Source: Leptospiraceae bacterium (GTDB taxonomy: Bacteria > Spirochaetota > Leptospiria > Leptospirales > Leptonemataceae). Taken from it: a stretch of DNA of 64,000 nucleotides. This document shows, piece by piece, positions 51,897 to 62,473 of this stretch. A program made the translations under genes and the position numbers. Each line of letters begins with the position of its first letter. Position 1 is the first letter of the stretch. The notes under the pieces are model-generated. The model was given only the letters and a program-made list of their open reading frames with translations, had not been told where the DNA came from and did no database searches. Where the stretch lies: NCBI GenBank assembly GCA_040217195.1, contig JAVJNR010000004.1, positions 960,001-1,024,000 on the forward strand, given 5' to 3'.

Positions 51897-53654
51897 TTAC
51901 TCAAAGTAGGGTTGGCCAGAAATCTGGGTACCGGAAACAAAGCTACCCAGCACTTTAATACTTCGAATTTCAGAAATGGGTGTGCTCTTTGGATTTCTAT
52001 CAAGAATTACCAGGTCTGCGTACTTTCCTGGCTCAATACTACCCAGAGAATCTTCCATTCCCAGTTGCCAGGCCCCATCGATGGTCAATGCCTTTAGCGC
52101 TCTTTCTACCGTAATAGATTCAGATTCGCCCAGGACAGTTCCTTCCCGTGTCGTCCGGTCCACAGCAGTTTGGATCAGGGAAAGTGGCTCCGCTGGATAC
52201 ATGGGCTGATCTGCATGAAGCGTGAATCGAATACCGTTGGCGGCGGTACTTCGGGCAGGCAACATACTATCGGCCCGATCTCCGATAATATCCTGTTTTA
52301 GTGCAACGCCATAGTAATAAAGATGATTAATATGAAAACTGACCGTCACTCCTTCAATTGAAAGTTCCGGCAGCAGTTCTGTAGGTAATAGCAAAGCATG
52401 TTCGATTCTATGCCTGTGATCGGACCTTGGACTTTCTTTTAAGACGCTCTCCAGAACCTCCATCACATCCAGGCTGGACTGATCTCCCTGACTGTGAACC
52501 GCTATCTGCCAACCCTGGTCATGGAACTTTCGCACCTGGCTTTGAAACTCTTCTCTGGTCTGAACAGGAGACCCGGTGGTTCCAGGTTGCAAACCCAGTC
52601 CGTCCTGCATTAGTGAACTGTCTATGTAGGGTTCGCTCAAATACATTGATCCGGTGTACGGCGAACCATCATACCATAACTTAATTCCTACGATCTGAAA
52701 GGATGGATCAGTTCGGTCTGGAGCAGCAGGCAGTTCGAAAGGACTGTTTGCCTTCAGATATACGAAATTACGGACCGAAGGTTTTCTTTCTGGTAGGATG
52801 CCCAGGGCGCCCAGAATTCTGAGCAACAATCCCGGTTCCTCTGCAGAAAGCCATCGCATAAGCATCAATGGTTTATCATCTTCGCCAAACAATCCGGCTG
52901 TGCCGATTGAAGTTATGCCGTTCGCGGCGTATCCATCCAGAACGCCCTGAAAGTTATCTTTTATATCTATTGTAGGAAGGGCCGCTTTAACAAAAGGCTG
53001 CATGGCAGCCACTTCAGCAATGAAGCCGGTCAAATTTCCCTGATCATCCACTTCATAATAGGAGCCTTTTTCCGGAGCCTCTGTGTCTGCGGTAATACCT
53101 AGCTCTTCGAAAGCCAGTGAATTGGCCCAGGCCGAATGCATGCTTTGTGCAAGTATGACAACGGGATTATTTGGCGCGATGGCATCCAGTTCGGAGATAT
53201 GAGGCTTTCTTAGACCGGCAACAAGAATTGGATCAAAGCCCTTGCAGTATATCCACTGGCCAGGTTTTGCTTCCGATACCGCTTTTCGCAGAGCATTCAT
53301 TACAGACTCGGGGCTTGAATGACTAAAACCGCTAAGATCCACGAAGGTATGCAGATAAGCAGACAGTTCCGGATGCGTATGGGGGGCCACAAAACCTGGT
53401 AGAAGTGTGGCTCCTTTTAGATCAACTTTGCGAAAATCAGGACCTGCCTTCTCAAAAACCTGTTCGGATGAACCCAGAAATTTAATTTTCCCATCCTGTA
53501 CGAGAACGGCTTCTGGATTCTGCAATTGCCGGGATTCGGCCATGGTTATAATTGTTCCATTATAGAAAACTAGATCCGGAGCCGAATCAGAACCACAATA
53601 GGGCAGTACGCTAGAAATACAAAGAAGCACCAGAGTCAATGGCAGTCGAAGCAT
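51897..53654 (-). CDS. Exported amidohydrolase 3 family (YtcJ-like) protein
   Basis: LPGFVAPHTH, HSAWANS, KLWYDGS, HSQGD, RHRIEH, GSIEPGKYADLVILD. Confidence 0.9.
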   Translation of the reverse strand: MLRLPLTLVLLCISSVLPYCGSDSAPDLVFYNGTIITMAESRQLQNPEAVLVQDGKIKFLGSSEQVFEKAGPDFRKVDLKGATLLPGFVAPHTHPELSAYLHTFVDLSGFSHSSPESVMNALRKAVSEAKPGQWIYCKGFDPILVAGLRKPHISELDAIAPNNPVVILAQSMHSAWANSLAFEELGITADTEAPEKGSYYEVDDQGNLTGFIAEVAAMQPFVKAALPTIDIKDNFQGVLDGYAANGITSIGTAGLFGEDDKPLMLMRWLSAEEPGLLLRILGALGILPERKPSVRNFVYLKANSPFELPAAPDRTDPSFQIVGIKLWYDGSPYTGSMYLSEPYIDSSLMQDGLGLQPGTTGSPVQTREEFQSQVRKFHDQGWQIAVHSQGDQSSLDVMEVLESVLKESPRSDHRHRIEHALLLPTELLPELSIEGVTVSFHINHLYYYGVALKQDIIGDRADSMLPARSTAANGIRFTLHADQPMYPAEPLSLIQTAVDRTTREGTVLGESESITVERALKALTIDGAWQLGMEDSLGSIEPGKYADLVILDRNPKSTPISEIRSIKVLGSFVSGTQISGQPYFE

Positions 53655-53743
53655 TCCAGGATAGAAAAGCCTGCATTAGACCGGTCAAGGGATATACTTG
53701 AATGCTTGCCAGAGAGATGGAAAAAGATGGGCCAATATCAGAT

Positions 53744-54400
53744 TTAGCTGACCCGGCGCAGAGCGAAAAAGAACGGTCTATCCATATGTTTAAAGTCCAT
53801 GTAGCCCATCACAGTATTGTTATCCACTTTGCGAAATACGTCATGGATTGGCAATGCATCGTAGCACATGGTTGCGGATACTTTTCCACGGAGTTCAGTC
53901 ATGCGAAGCCTGGCTTTTGTCTTCTTTGTAGAAACCAGAAAGCGAAAGGAGCGAAAAAGATAGCGCATGAAAGGCTTTTTAAGCCATTGCTGGGTCAGAG
54001 TCAATCCCATGGGCATAAGTGCAGGATTCACAATAAAATGCTTTCCGCTACCGGTTTCGAATACTAGAGGATGCACGTTATCTTCGTCGATAAACTCTTT
54101 GCCATACCAGGAATAATTCTCCAGGAGTCCATCCATAGGATGATCGGTATTGATTCCGGATCCTTTCCATTTGCCCCACATTAGCTCCAACCCGGCCACG
54201 GGAAGTGCATCAAAAACGCGAAGAGCCTCTTTAGCCTCAGCTCTTTCATTTTCAATCATTGAGATGGCTTCTGAGACCACTTTTCTACCGGGGGCTGCTT
54301 TGCTGGAAGCGCCCGGTTTTCGAACATTGCTGGAGTTGCGATTTTTCAGACGTGCCCCTGCACTACGAGTGGTGTTTCTGGATCCGGAACTTGTGGCCAT
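53744..54400 (-). CDS. GXWXG / DUF4334 domain protein
   Basis: GKWKG, HPMDG, WYGKEF, YDALPIHDVFRKVD. Confidence 0.88.
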   Translation of the reverse strand: MATSSGSRNTTRSAGARLKNRNSSNVRKPGASSKAAPGRKVVSEAISMIENERAEAKEALRVFDALPVAGLELMWGKWKGSGINTDHPMDGLLENYSWYGKEFIDEDNVHPLVFETGSGKHFIVNPALMPMGLTLTQQWLKKPFMRYLFRSFRFLVSTKKTKARLRMTELRGKVSATMCYDALPIHDVFRKVDNNTVMGYMDFKHMDRPFFFALRRVS

Positions 54401-54417
54401 TCCATGAGTGGATGAAA

Positions 54418-54435
54418 GTTGACTCAGATGTCAAC
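54418..54435. promoter_or_regulatory. Palindromic operator overlapping the -35 of the GXWXG gene
   Basis: GTTGAC-TCAGAT-GTCAAC. Confidence 0.5.
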
Positions 54436-54572
54436 ATCCTTTTACGAGCAGAAACTGGAATGTTGCCAGACGAAATGGCTCAACTGAGGACTGGACTCTG
54501 TTGCGCAATCCACACTGGGATGACCATTTGACTTGCACTTAGGCGCAGACTCTTTAAAGTCTGGAGCGAACC

Positions 54573-55070
54573 ATGATGAAGGATGCTCTACAGACAATCC
54601 TCACTCTGGCTGCGGTAGGTCTGGTAATATGGGCCTTCTTAAGCGCTGTGCTATGGATAGGTGGTCTCTGGGACAGTGTAATCGACAATGCCTATGAAAA
54701 CGAAATATATGTGGTATCTGAAATACCGGAGATTCCATCCACTGACATTCAGATTCAGTGGTTTCAGAAAGACGAAATCGTATGGCTCATGCGAAATGGT
54801 TTATATTCAAGGAACCTGCCCGAGAGAGACGGTATAAACCATTTTCGAGTATTTGTCCGGAATCGTCCCATCCATACTTTTCAGATTCGCCGAACCACGG
54901 CAACGCAAAAGATGCGATATGATTTTTTGCTTCGATCAGAGGGCCATACACTCATAGTTCAGGCCCGCTGGGAGCCATTCTTTTACAGCGATGATGCAGT
55001 CCGGTCAGCACCCTATTACGAGCGAGCGAAGTATCCACTTTCCGTTCTTTCCCGGCCTGCGAATCCTTGA
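54573..55070 (+). CDS. Hypothetical membrane-anchored protein
   Basis: N-terminal TM; GGAG RBS. Confidence 0.65.
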   Translation: MMKDALQTILTLAAVGLVIWAFLSAVLWIGGLWDSVIDNAYENEIYVVSEIPEIPSTDIQIQWFQKDEIVWLMRNGLYSRNLPERDGINHFRVFVRNRPIHTFQIRRTTATQKMRYDFLLRSEGHTLIVQARWEPFFYSDDAVRSAPYYERAKYPLSVLSRPANP

Positions 55071-55135
55071 AATACGGTAAATAGCTAACTATCCCAATTT
55101 CGGATAAGTATCCCAGGTTCAAAACAGAATTGTGC

Positions 55136-55166
55136 TGGAGTCTCCCCCCGGGAGAGACTGTAGCCT
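55136..55166 (+). promoter_or_regulatory. MerR-type promoter/operator
   Basis: TGGAGT-N19-TAGCCT with dyad AGTCTC-N9-GAGACT spanning the spacer; MerR gene two ORFs downstream. Confidence 0.75.
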
Positions 55167-55172
55167 GTATTC

Positions 55173-55580
55173 ATGAAAACAAGAAGACAACGATTCATAT
55201 TTCATTTTCTACTTGGAGGGCTGGCAGTCTGGGCAGTGCCATTTTTGGTTTCACTTCCTTTCTTTAGCAAGACCGGTCAGCTACAAATAGACATATTCGC
55301 ATTCAAGACTATAATGATTCTGGTGTCTTCTTTTGTGGGCCTGTGGATTCTGTCGGCGGTCTTACCAGCTATACAATCTGCCCAATACGGAATGCAAATA
55401 GGAGCCACCTGGATGGTTTTGAATTGGGCCCTGGATTATCTGATACTACTTCCATTAAACGATATGACCATCCAGGAATATTTATTCTCGACGGGCCTGC
55501 GATATCTTCATATTCCATTGTCCGGGTATTTTATGGGTGTGGCTATGATGCGACGCGGAGCCATTCTGTCGGATCAATAA
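55173..55580 (+). CDS. Hypothetical 4-TM membrane protein
   Basis: Four hydrophobic helices, NWALD motif. Confidence 0.78.
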   Translation: MKTRRQRFIFHFLLGGLAVWAVPFLVSLPFFSKTGQLQIDIFAFKTIMILVSSFVGLWILSAVLPAIQSAQYGMQIGATWMVLNWALDYLILLPLNDMTIQEYLFSTGLRYLHIPLSGYFMGVAMMRRGAILSDQ

Positions 55581-55621
55581 GAACAGAAATTCATAGACGG
55601 TGATACCTGAGGAGGTAGCCC

Positions 55622-56417
55622 ATGTATTCCATTGGACAATTCTCTTTGATGACGCGGCTTGCTGTACGGACTTTAAGGAAATACCATGAAAACGGATTGC
55701 TCATTCCAGATTATACAGATGAAGAAACCGGGTACAGGTACTATCGCGAACAATCTATTGAACGAGCGCAAGTAATCACTGGATTACGAAGCCTGGATTT
55801 CTCATTGAAGGATATTCAATCAATCCTTCAGAACTGTAGCGAAGATGATGACATGCTGGACCATTTGTTGCGGCAAAAGGGCTCCGTCTCCAGCGAGCTC
55901 AAGAGAATACAGGACATTCAATCCGGCCTGGAACTGGTCATAAACCAGGTCCGCGATCGACAGAGCATTCCGGGCAGCGCCGCAGTCCAGGTCAAAGAAA
56001 TTCCAGCCATTTGGATTGCCGGCCTGGAAGGCAAAGGCAGCTGGTCCGAAATCGGGCAGTTGTATAAGTCTCTGGGTCGAACCGTGGGGCGCTACATTGG
56101 TGGTTCTCCCATGAGCCTGTGCATGGACGGGGGAATACAGGGACGAAGCGAATTATGAAGCGGCCTTTCCGCTGCGAAAGGAAGTACAGATCAAGAGTCT
56201 TTGCCGAAAGCTTCCGGGCATTCGCTGCGTTTCCGTAATCCATCAGGGTCCCTATTCTTCGATTGGAACAAGCTATGAACGGGGGTTTTCCTATATCAGT
56301 CAGCATTCTATGAACTGGCAAACACCCACGAGGGAGATTTATCATAAGGGGCCAGGAATGATCTTTAAAGGCAACCCGGCAAAATACATTACCGAAATCC
56401 AGATTCCGGTTCATTAA
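55622..56417 (+). pseudogene. MerR family regulator with GyrI-like domain, frameshifted
   Basis: MYSIGQFS...TLRKYH...TGYRYY HTH; the frame shifts at G5 (56129-56133) and continues EYRDEANYEAAFP...HQGPYSSIG...REIYHKGPG...TEIQIPVH* to 56417. Confidence 0.85.
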
Positions 56418-56646
56418 TCAAAGCGATCCAAATCCAACCGGTGGAGTTTTCACGATGCCGCTGGAAAATCTCTGGCTTATCTGCGAAACGTAATCTGCTT
56501 AAATTGATCTGGGTAAATGAATCAGGACTGAACATTAGTCCTGGGTCTTGAAAAATGCGGCGCTCCAATCCATGCATTGCCCTGGTTTCGGGTGCCCGAA
56601 GAGCCGCCGGCCACTCTCGCAGCCGACGGCCCGAGACAGAATCAGC

Positions 56647-57552
56647 TTATTGACCGGCCTTCATGTTCTTGGCCATCTTTAAGAAGTAGCCTTCAACGTC
56701 GAACCAGGCCTCTCCCAGGTACAATGTGTTGGCACATTGCAGATGATCCACACCGGTGGAATACCAGGGAGTATCGGGACCGCCCTTCCATTCGCCCCAT
56801 TTCATGGAAGACAGAGGAACGAATCCATCATTCGCATACCCATGAACATCTCTGGATTCCTTTCCTGTGAAATGATAGAGCAAACTACCCACGGGATGCT
56901 GAATCAAGTTCACACCGTTGATTACTGAACCGTAAGAGTAGTATCGCACTCCGGAGACGTTTGGAGTATAAGTATTAAACACGGCCATACCATCTGTGGA
57001 AAGTGAATCGATCACTGCCTGAGCATCACCGTCATTTACTGCGTAAATCAAGTTTACAAAGGTTTCAATGATTCCACTTACCGTTCCGTTGGCAATCAAT
57101 GGAGCCAGTCCATCAGCCAGACCTGTTCCGCGATTCACCCCGTTAAGAGATGTTACGGAAACTACTTTTGAAGACAGACCCAGATTAGATACTGCATACC
57201 GGAGTCCCAGAGGGCCCTGGGAATGACCCAGAGTATGAACCTTGTCATAACCATTGGCAGCCATCCAGTATCGGATCTTTTCATTCAGAACTTCGCCGCG
57301 ATGAGCATTGGAGCTCCCAGGAGGTTGCGCCGGTGCATATACATCTACACCTTCGGATCGGAGATAATCATCCATTCCGCCCCAATAATTAATGATAGAG
57401 GTAAGCCCTGTGGACTCCTCTCCCCATCCCAGCAGGCCGTGAGCCAGCACTATAGGATAGGTTCCTTCCAGAGGCTTTTGCTGACCGCCTCCAGCCCAGG
57501 CCGGACCGGCAAATGCCAGTAGCGCAGCCAAAATAATAATTCGCTTCAACAT
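56647..57552 (-). CDS. Secreted triacylglycerol lipase (alpha/beta hydrolase)
   Basis: Signal peptide ending AWA, YPIVLAHG, GHSQG nucleophile, NDGFVP, VDH; AGGGAG RBS before 57552. Confidence 0.92.
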   Translation of the reverse strand: MLKRIIILAALLAFAGPAWAGGGQQKPLEGTYPIVLAHGLLGWGEESTGLTSIINYWGGMDDYLRSEGVDVYAPAQPPGSSNAHRGEVLNEKIRYWMAANGYDKVHTLGHSQGPLGLRYAVSNLGLSSKVVSVTSLNGVNRGTGLADGLAPLIANGTVSGIIETFVNLIYAVNDGDAQAVIDSLSTDGMAVFNTYTPNVSGVRYYSYGSVINGVNLIQHPVGSLLYHFTGKESRDVHGYANDGFVPLSSMKWGEWKGGPDTPWYSTGVDHLQCANTLYLGEAWFDVEGYFLKMAKNMKAGQ

Positions 57553-57900
57553 GGTACTCTCCCTTTTTACCGGCTCGAGCTTATTCGCATCGCATTCGAT
57601 ATGCATACAGCAAGAACCAGTTCTATGCGAAGAGATTACACCAGATAGACTAAGAAATCGACCTGGATACGGATCCTGGACAAATTCAGGGGTCCAGAAT
57701 CTAAATCTTTTACCTGGTATTGGCCTGGCGATGGAGTTCCAGGATCGCAAATCTATAATTATCGTACGTTACAAACCATGAATCTAGAGAGATTAGCCTC
57801 CATGGATCAGTCTATACATTGATGTTCGCCCTAAAAGCGTAGATTCCTTATCACGATTATCACAATGGAATTCGCTCAATGATTTCGGATCTTGCGAAGG

Positions 57901-59010
57901 CTAACTCTGGCCGGGCCTTTCCAGGTACTTTCTAGGAGACAGACCTTTGATTGCCTTAAAGGCCAGGTTGAAATTTGCCTTGGAATTGAAGCCCACCTGA
58001 AAGGCCACCGACAGTACATTTGCCTCTGGCTCTTCTCTTAGGATGCGAATCGCTTCTTCCACCCGAAAATGATTCACGTATCGGGCAAAATTCATCTTTA
58101 ACTTTGTATTCAGAAACTCTGTAAGCTGATACGATTTCACATTTACCATTCCCGCCAGTATCTTCAGCGTCAAATCTTCGCTGGTAAAAACCTTCTGGTC
58201 TCGCATGAGCCAATCCAGAGATTTTTGAAGCTCCTTTAGATCCACTCCCTCAAGCCTGGAAACTTTGTAGAGCTCACCTTCTGGTTGAAAACGAGCTTCC
58301 TCCAGGACAAGCTCCAGATCTGCAAAAAGCTCCGGGGTCCGAGCCTTGAGAATGAAATTCACCGGTAGAAAAAGAGACCCGGCAACTGAAACCGCAAAGT
58401 AGACAAGCTCCGAGCGCATGGTCAGTCCGGAAGCTGCAATAAAAGTTAGAACAGTAGAGCAAATGAGGATCAATACAAGGGTCCTGGCCGCCTTCTCCTT
58501 TCGAAGAGTATCTATAGAAAACAGTTCTGGCACACTGGCCGCTATGAAAATGCAATACAATACAGCTGAATACAATCCGGCTACGTTTAGAATATCGATC
58601 CAACTCCATTGCCTGCCCTGAAAGAAGCTCAGCTGCGGATAGGCGAATTGCTCCGGCGATAAAAGCCAGACGAAGGGAAGAATCAGTAGAATTAGCAACC
58701 CCGGCGCAAAAGCCAGATAGCGAATAGGCCTGATTTTGAAATTCTCATTCAACGCATCTAAAAATGAGAAGAAAATACATGGACCTATGAAATACACAAA
58801 CGGTAGGTACAGGTGGTTTAAAAGAGTTAGATGAAAATACCTTTGCTGGAAATTCCAGTAAGCGAAGAAAAGGCAGAACGCAGCACTTAAGTATAAGAGG
58901 GCAAGCATTCGCGTAGCAACGGAAGGCCGCGGACTGAGCAAATAATAAAAAACCAGCACACCGGAGAATAGAGTTCCAAACCATAGAGCTTCTGAAATTA
59001 GATCATGCAT
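57901..59010 (-). CDS. Membrane-anchored AraC family regulator
   Basis: TM region then EDLTL...VLSVAFQVGFNSKANFNLAFK; the C-terminus is clearly paralogous to 32192-33271. Confidence 0.92.
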   Translation of the reverse strand: MHDLISEALWFGTLFSGVLVFYYLLSPRPSVATRMLALLYLSAAFCLFFAYWNFQQRYFHLTLLNHLYLPFVYFIGPCIFFSFLDALNENFKIRPIRYLAFAPGLLILLILPFVWLLSPEQFAYPQLSFFQGRQWSWIDILNVAGLYSAVLYCIFIAASVPELFSIDTLRKEKAARTLVLILICSTVLTFIAASGLTMRSELVYFAVSVAGSLFLPVNFILKARTPELFADLELVLEEARFQPEGELYKVSRLEGVDLKELQKSLDWLMRDQKVFTSEDLTLKILAGMVNVKSYQLTEFLNTKLKMNFARYVNHFRVEEAIRILREEPEANVLSVAFQVGFNSKANFNLAFKAIKGLSPRKYLERPGQS

Positions 59011-59105
59011 TCTATTCGCAAAGCCTCGGATTGCCGATCAGTAACCGACTCCAGGTTAGGAATTCCAGCCAGGGCTCATCAATGCAAGGCTAATTCGCAG
59101 TAAGC

Positions 59106-59957
59106 TTAACCGTGATCCGACTCAATGAATTCTACTATAAGGTCAGCCAGAATCTTACCGGCAGTTTCATTCAAATGCAGACAATCCGTTACAAGAAAGA
59201 AGCCGTTGGATCTGGAAATGTTATTGTAATCTTTACCGAATAAATAATGTGCAGCCACCGATTCTTCGATAAGAGTATGGGGTTCATCGCATTGATTTTC
59301 AGAGGTTGCCCGGCCTTCCAGGTATTCGCGAAGCATTTCATTGAGCGGCAAATACACTACGCCCCTGGCATTGGAAATCTCCTTCAATGCCTGAGAGTAT
59401 TTCTGGATCTTTGTATTCGCCTCAGAATCTAGATTCTCGCCAATGACTGGAAGAGAGATTAGCGCTATGCGAGTATGACCATCCCTGGATTGAAATTCAT
59501 CAACTATCTGATTTACATTTTCCCTGTACTGGGCCAAATTCGGCGTACCATGAATACCCATGTTTTCCTGATAATTCTCCAGAAATTCCGGATGCAGAGT
59601 TGAATTAACATCATTGGTCCCTATTAGAATAGTGATTACATCTGCATTGCAATTCAGTAGCTCAGGCATTCTTCTGCGAACATTATGACTCAGATTGCTA
59701 TTTATACCAGCATTGATCACTTCAAAATCGTCACCCAATCGCTTCTGAAGTAGGTCCGCATAGTTGAAGCTTACTGTTCCATGGGTGATACTATCACCTA
59801 CGAGCAGGATACGCTTCTTCCCCTCCAGGCTTTTGCAGTTTGCGGGATTGTTCTCTGGCAATGCATGCACCTGTTCCAGAATCCAGATATGAGTCGCCAG
59901 ATAGAGCAGACCCAGAGTAATAAGAATTACGGCAAAGTAGATAAGGAACTTTTTCAT
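59106..59957 (-). CDS. SGNH/GDSL hydrolase
   Basis: GDSIT, NAGINS, IGTND, DCLH. Confidence 0.92.
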   Translation of the reverse strand: MKKFLIYFAVILITLGLLYLATHIWILEQVHALPENNPANCKSLEGKKRILLVGDSITHGTVSFNYADLLQKRLGDDFEVINAGINSNLSHNVRRRMPELLNCNADVITILIGTNDVNSTLHPEFLENYQENMGIHGTPNLAQYRENVNQIVDEFQSRDGHTRIALISLPVIGENLDSEANTKIQKYSQALKEISNARGVVYLPLNEMLREYLEGRATSENQCDEPHTLIEESVAAHYLFGKDYNNISRSNGFFLVTDCLHLNETAGKILADLIVEFIESDHG

Positions 59958-60142
59958 CCGCTTAATACCAATGGATTAAAGTCACTTTGTCAGCCGAAAA
60001 AAGTTGAAAAAGGTTTCTTCATCGTCGGGCACAGCAATAGAAATCTGATCGAATGGATGTGGATGCCCGGGCGGAATTGACAGAATCAGGTTTAATGACA
60101 GTCTGGGACAAATAATCTAAATCATATAGATGGATCGAATCG

Positions 60143-61744
60143 ATGGCGAAGAGCAAGACTGCAAAGAAAACCAATGCAAAAAGAAACCAGGCAACTCCTA
60201 AAACGAAATCAGTAAGCAGATCCGGTAATTCAACCGGAACCCGAGCGAAGCGAAATTCCGGCTCAGTTAAGGACAAGTCCGCTGATATTGCGACTTATGA
60301 TGTGATTATTATAGGTGCAGGTCTTTCAGGAATCGGGGCTGCCTATCATCTTCAGGACAAACTACCCGAAAAATCGTATATCATTCTAGAGGGACGAGAT
60401 GATCTTGGAGGGACCTGGGATCTTTTTCGATATCCTGGAATACGCTCGGACTCTGACCTATTTACTTTTGGATATGATTTTCGCCCGTGGGAAAGCAGCA
60501 AAGGTATTGCCGATGGCCCATCCATTAAGAGCTACATCGCACAGACTGCCCGGGAGTCTGGTATTGACCGAAGACTAATCTACAAACATAAAGTTCTTTC
60601 TGTAAATTGGAATTCCCAGGAATGCCTCTGGCACATAGTTACAAAACGAAGCGACACAAAAAAGAAGATAGAGTATCGCGCTCGCTGGATCTTCTCCGGA
60701 ACCGGGTATTATAGATACGATGAAGGGTACACTCCGGAATTCAAAGGAAGAAACAGATTCAAAGGACTAATCGTTCATCCCCAACACTGGCCTGAACGCC
60801 TGGATTACGATGACAAAAGGATAATAATCATTGGAAGCGGAGCCACTGCTGTGACATTGTTACCTGCACTAACAGATCGGGCCGCTCATGTCACTATGCT
60901 GCAACGTACTCCAAGCTATATCATGCCGCTCCCGGAAGTAGAAATACTATCTAAAATCCTGAAGCCCGTACTGGGCAAAACCCTGGCATTCAAGATTACG
61001 AGAAAAAAGAACATTCTCAGACAGAGATGGTTCTATCTTTTCTGTCAGAAATTCCCGGATCGGGCAAAAAAGTACATTCAGAAAGAGAGTGCGAAGCGAT
61101 TGCCCGAAGGATACCCTGTGGATGTACACTTCAATCCTCCTTACAATCCCTGGGATCAAAGACTCTGTGCTGTTCCAGACAGTGATCTCTTCCAGGTTCT
61201 AAAGGAAGGCAAAGCATCCATAGTCACCGATCGAATCAAAACATTTACTAGAAATGGAATACAGCTGGAATCAGGTAAAGAGCTAGAGGCGGACATCATC
61301 GTTACGGCCACAGGACTGAATCTTCTTCCATTTGGAGGTATTCAAATTAAGGTCGATGGAAAAAAGCTCCATCTACCGGACCATGTAGCTTTCAAGGGAA
61401 TGATGCTGAGCGGAGTCCCTAACCTGGCCTTCGCCGTGGGTTATACCACTTCTTCCTGGACGCTCAAGGTCGGTCTACTTTGCGAACACTTTTGCAGACT
61501 ACTGGATCACATGGATGCCCGCGATTATGATACTGCAGTACCAGAGGCAGACCCCGAAATGGAAACCAGACCGTTGCTGGATTTCGGTGCCGGCTACGTT
61601 CAGCGATCCCTTCAAGAGTTGCCCCGCCGGGGACTGGATTTTCCCTGGGTTATGTCCTGGGATTACGCAGAAGACGTGAAGTTACTTCGAAAGGGACCCG
61701 TGGAGGATGAACATCTTAAATTTGGACGAAAGGCAGGTTTCTGA
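60143..61744 (+). CDS. Flavin-containing monooxygenase (EthA-like BVMO)
   Basis: GAGLSG, GGTWDLFRYPGIRSDSD, FKGLIVHPQHWP, GSGATA, ATG. Confidence 0.93.
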   Translation: MAKSKTAKKTNAKRNQATPKTKSVSRSGNSTGTRAKRNSGSVKDKSADIATYDVIIIGAGLSGIGAAYHLQDKLPEKSYIILEGRDDLGGTWDLFRYPGIRSDSDLFTFGYDFRPWESSKGIADGPSIKSYIAQTARESGIDRRLIYKHKVLSVNWNSQECLWHIVTKRSDTKKKIEYRARWIFSGTGYYRYDEGYTPEFKGRNRFKGLIVHPQHWPERLDYDDKRIIIIGSGATAVTLLPALTDRAAHVTMLQRTPSYIMPLPEVEILSKILKPVLGKTLAFKITRKKNILRQRWFYLFCQKFPDRAKKYIQKESAKRLPEGYPVDVHFNPPYNPWDQRLCAVPDSDLFQVLKEGKASIVTDRIKTFTRNGIQLESGKELEADIIVTATGLNLLPFGGIQIKVDGKKLHLPDHVAFKGMMLSGVPNLAFAVGYTTSSWTLKVGLLCEHFCRLLDHMDARDYDTAVPEADPEMETRPLLDFGAGYVQRSLQELPRRGLDFPWVMSWDYAEDVKLLRKGPVEDEHLKFGRKAGF

Positions 61745-61792
61745 AGATAGCCTTTTTCTTGACTCCAGATTTCCGAGCCGCCCAATTCTTGC

Positions 61793-62290
61793 ATGGACAA
61801 GCTGAAGAAAATTGGAATGAACTTCGTTCAGGGTGGCGCGTTGCTTCTGGCCGGCTCCGGATTCTTCCTTTATAAATCGGTATTCACAGTCCGGGATGGA
61901 ATCCTGAGTCAATCCTGGCCATCGACTCAGGGCACAGTGGTTGAAGCCAGAATAGAACAATATCGCACTACCGGTGGCACGACAAGCGAGAAAACAATCG
62001 GGTATTTCTTTTACGAATACTCGGTAGACCAGGAAACCTACTCTTCCAACAGGCTAAACTTCTTTAGCATTAGTGGAGATCCGGTCACTGCGGCCAAACA
62101 GTTCCAGCCAGGTGAGAAGGTAACTGTTTATTACGATCCTGACGATCCAGAGAGAGCCGTTATCGAACTCGGCCTGCCCGGGATCTTCGTCTGGTTGGCA
62201 CTGGCTTTTGGGGTTCTGCTTTTTGTAGGATTCGTCTCGCTCACCTTTCTCGGTGATTTTGGGGCAATTTTTGCCCGGATGACCGGTTAA
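61793..62290 (+). CDS. DUF3592 membrane protein
   Basis: SQSWPSTQGTV, YEYSVD, PGEKVTVYYDPDDP. Confidence 0.85.
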   Translation: MDKLKKIGMNFVQGGALLLAGSGFFLYKSVFTVRDGILSQSWPSTQGTVVEARIEQYRTTGGTTSEKTIGYFFYEYSVDQETYSSNRLNFFSISGDPVTAAKQFQPGEKVTVYYDPDDPERAVIELGLPGIFVWLALAFGVLLFVGFVSLTFLGDFGAIFARMTG

Positions 62291-62473
62291 CAAAATGTAT
62301 CTGATTGCGGCGATGCAAGGTAAAGAATCACTCGAAGCGCGAAAGCAATAGGATAGAGTATTCTCGACCCGGATGCCAAAAAAGAAGGGGGCCTGGCCCC
62401 CCGGAGTGCTTCCTGATGATAACATTTTGCCCATCTTCCTGGTAAAACACTAACTCAGGAGGAGAAGGTGCAT

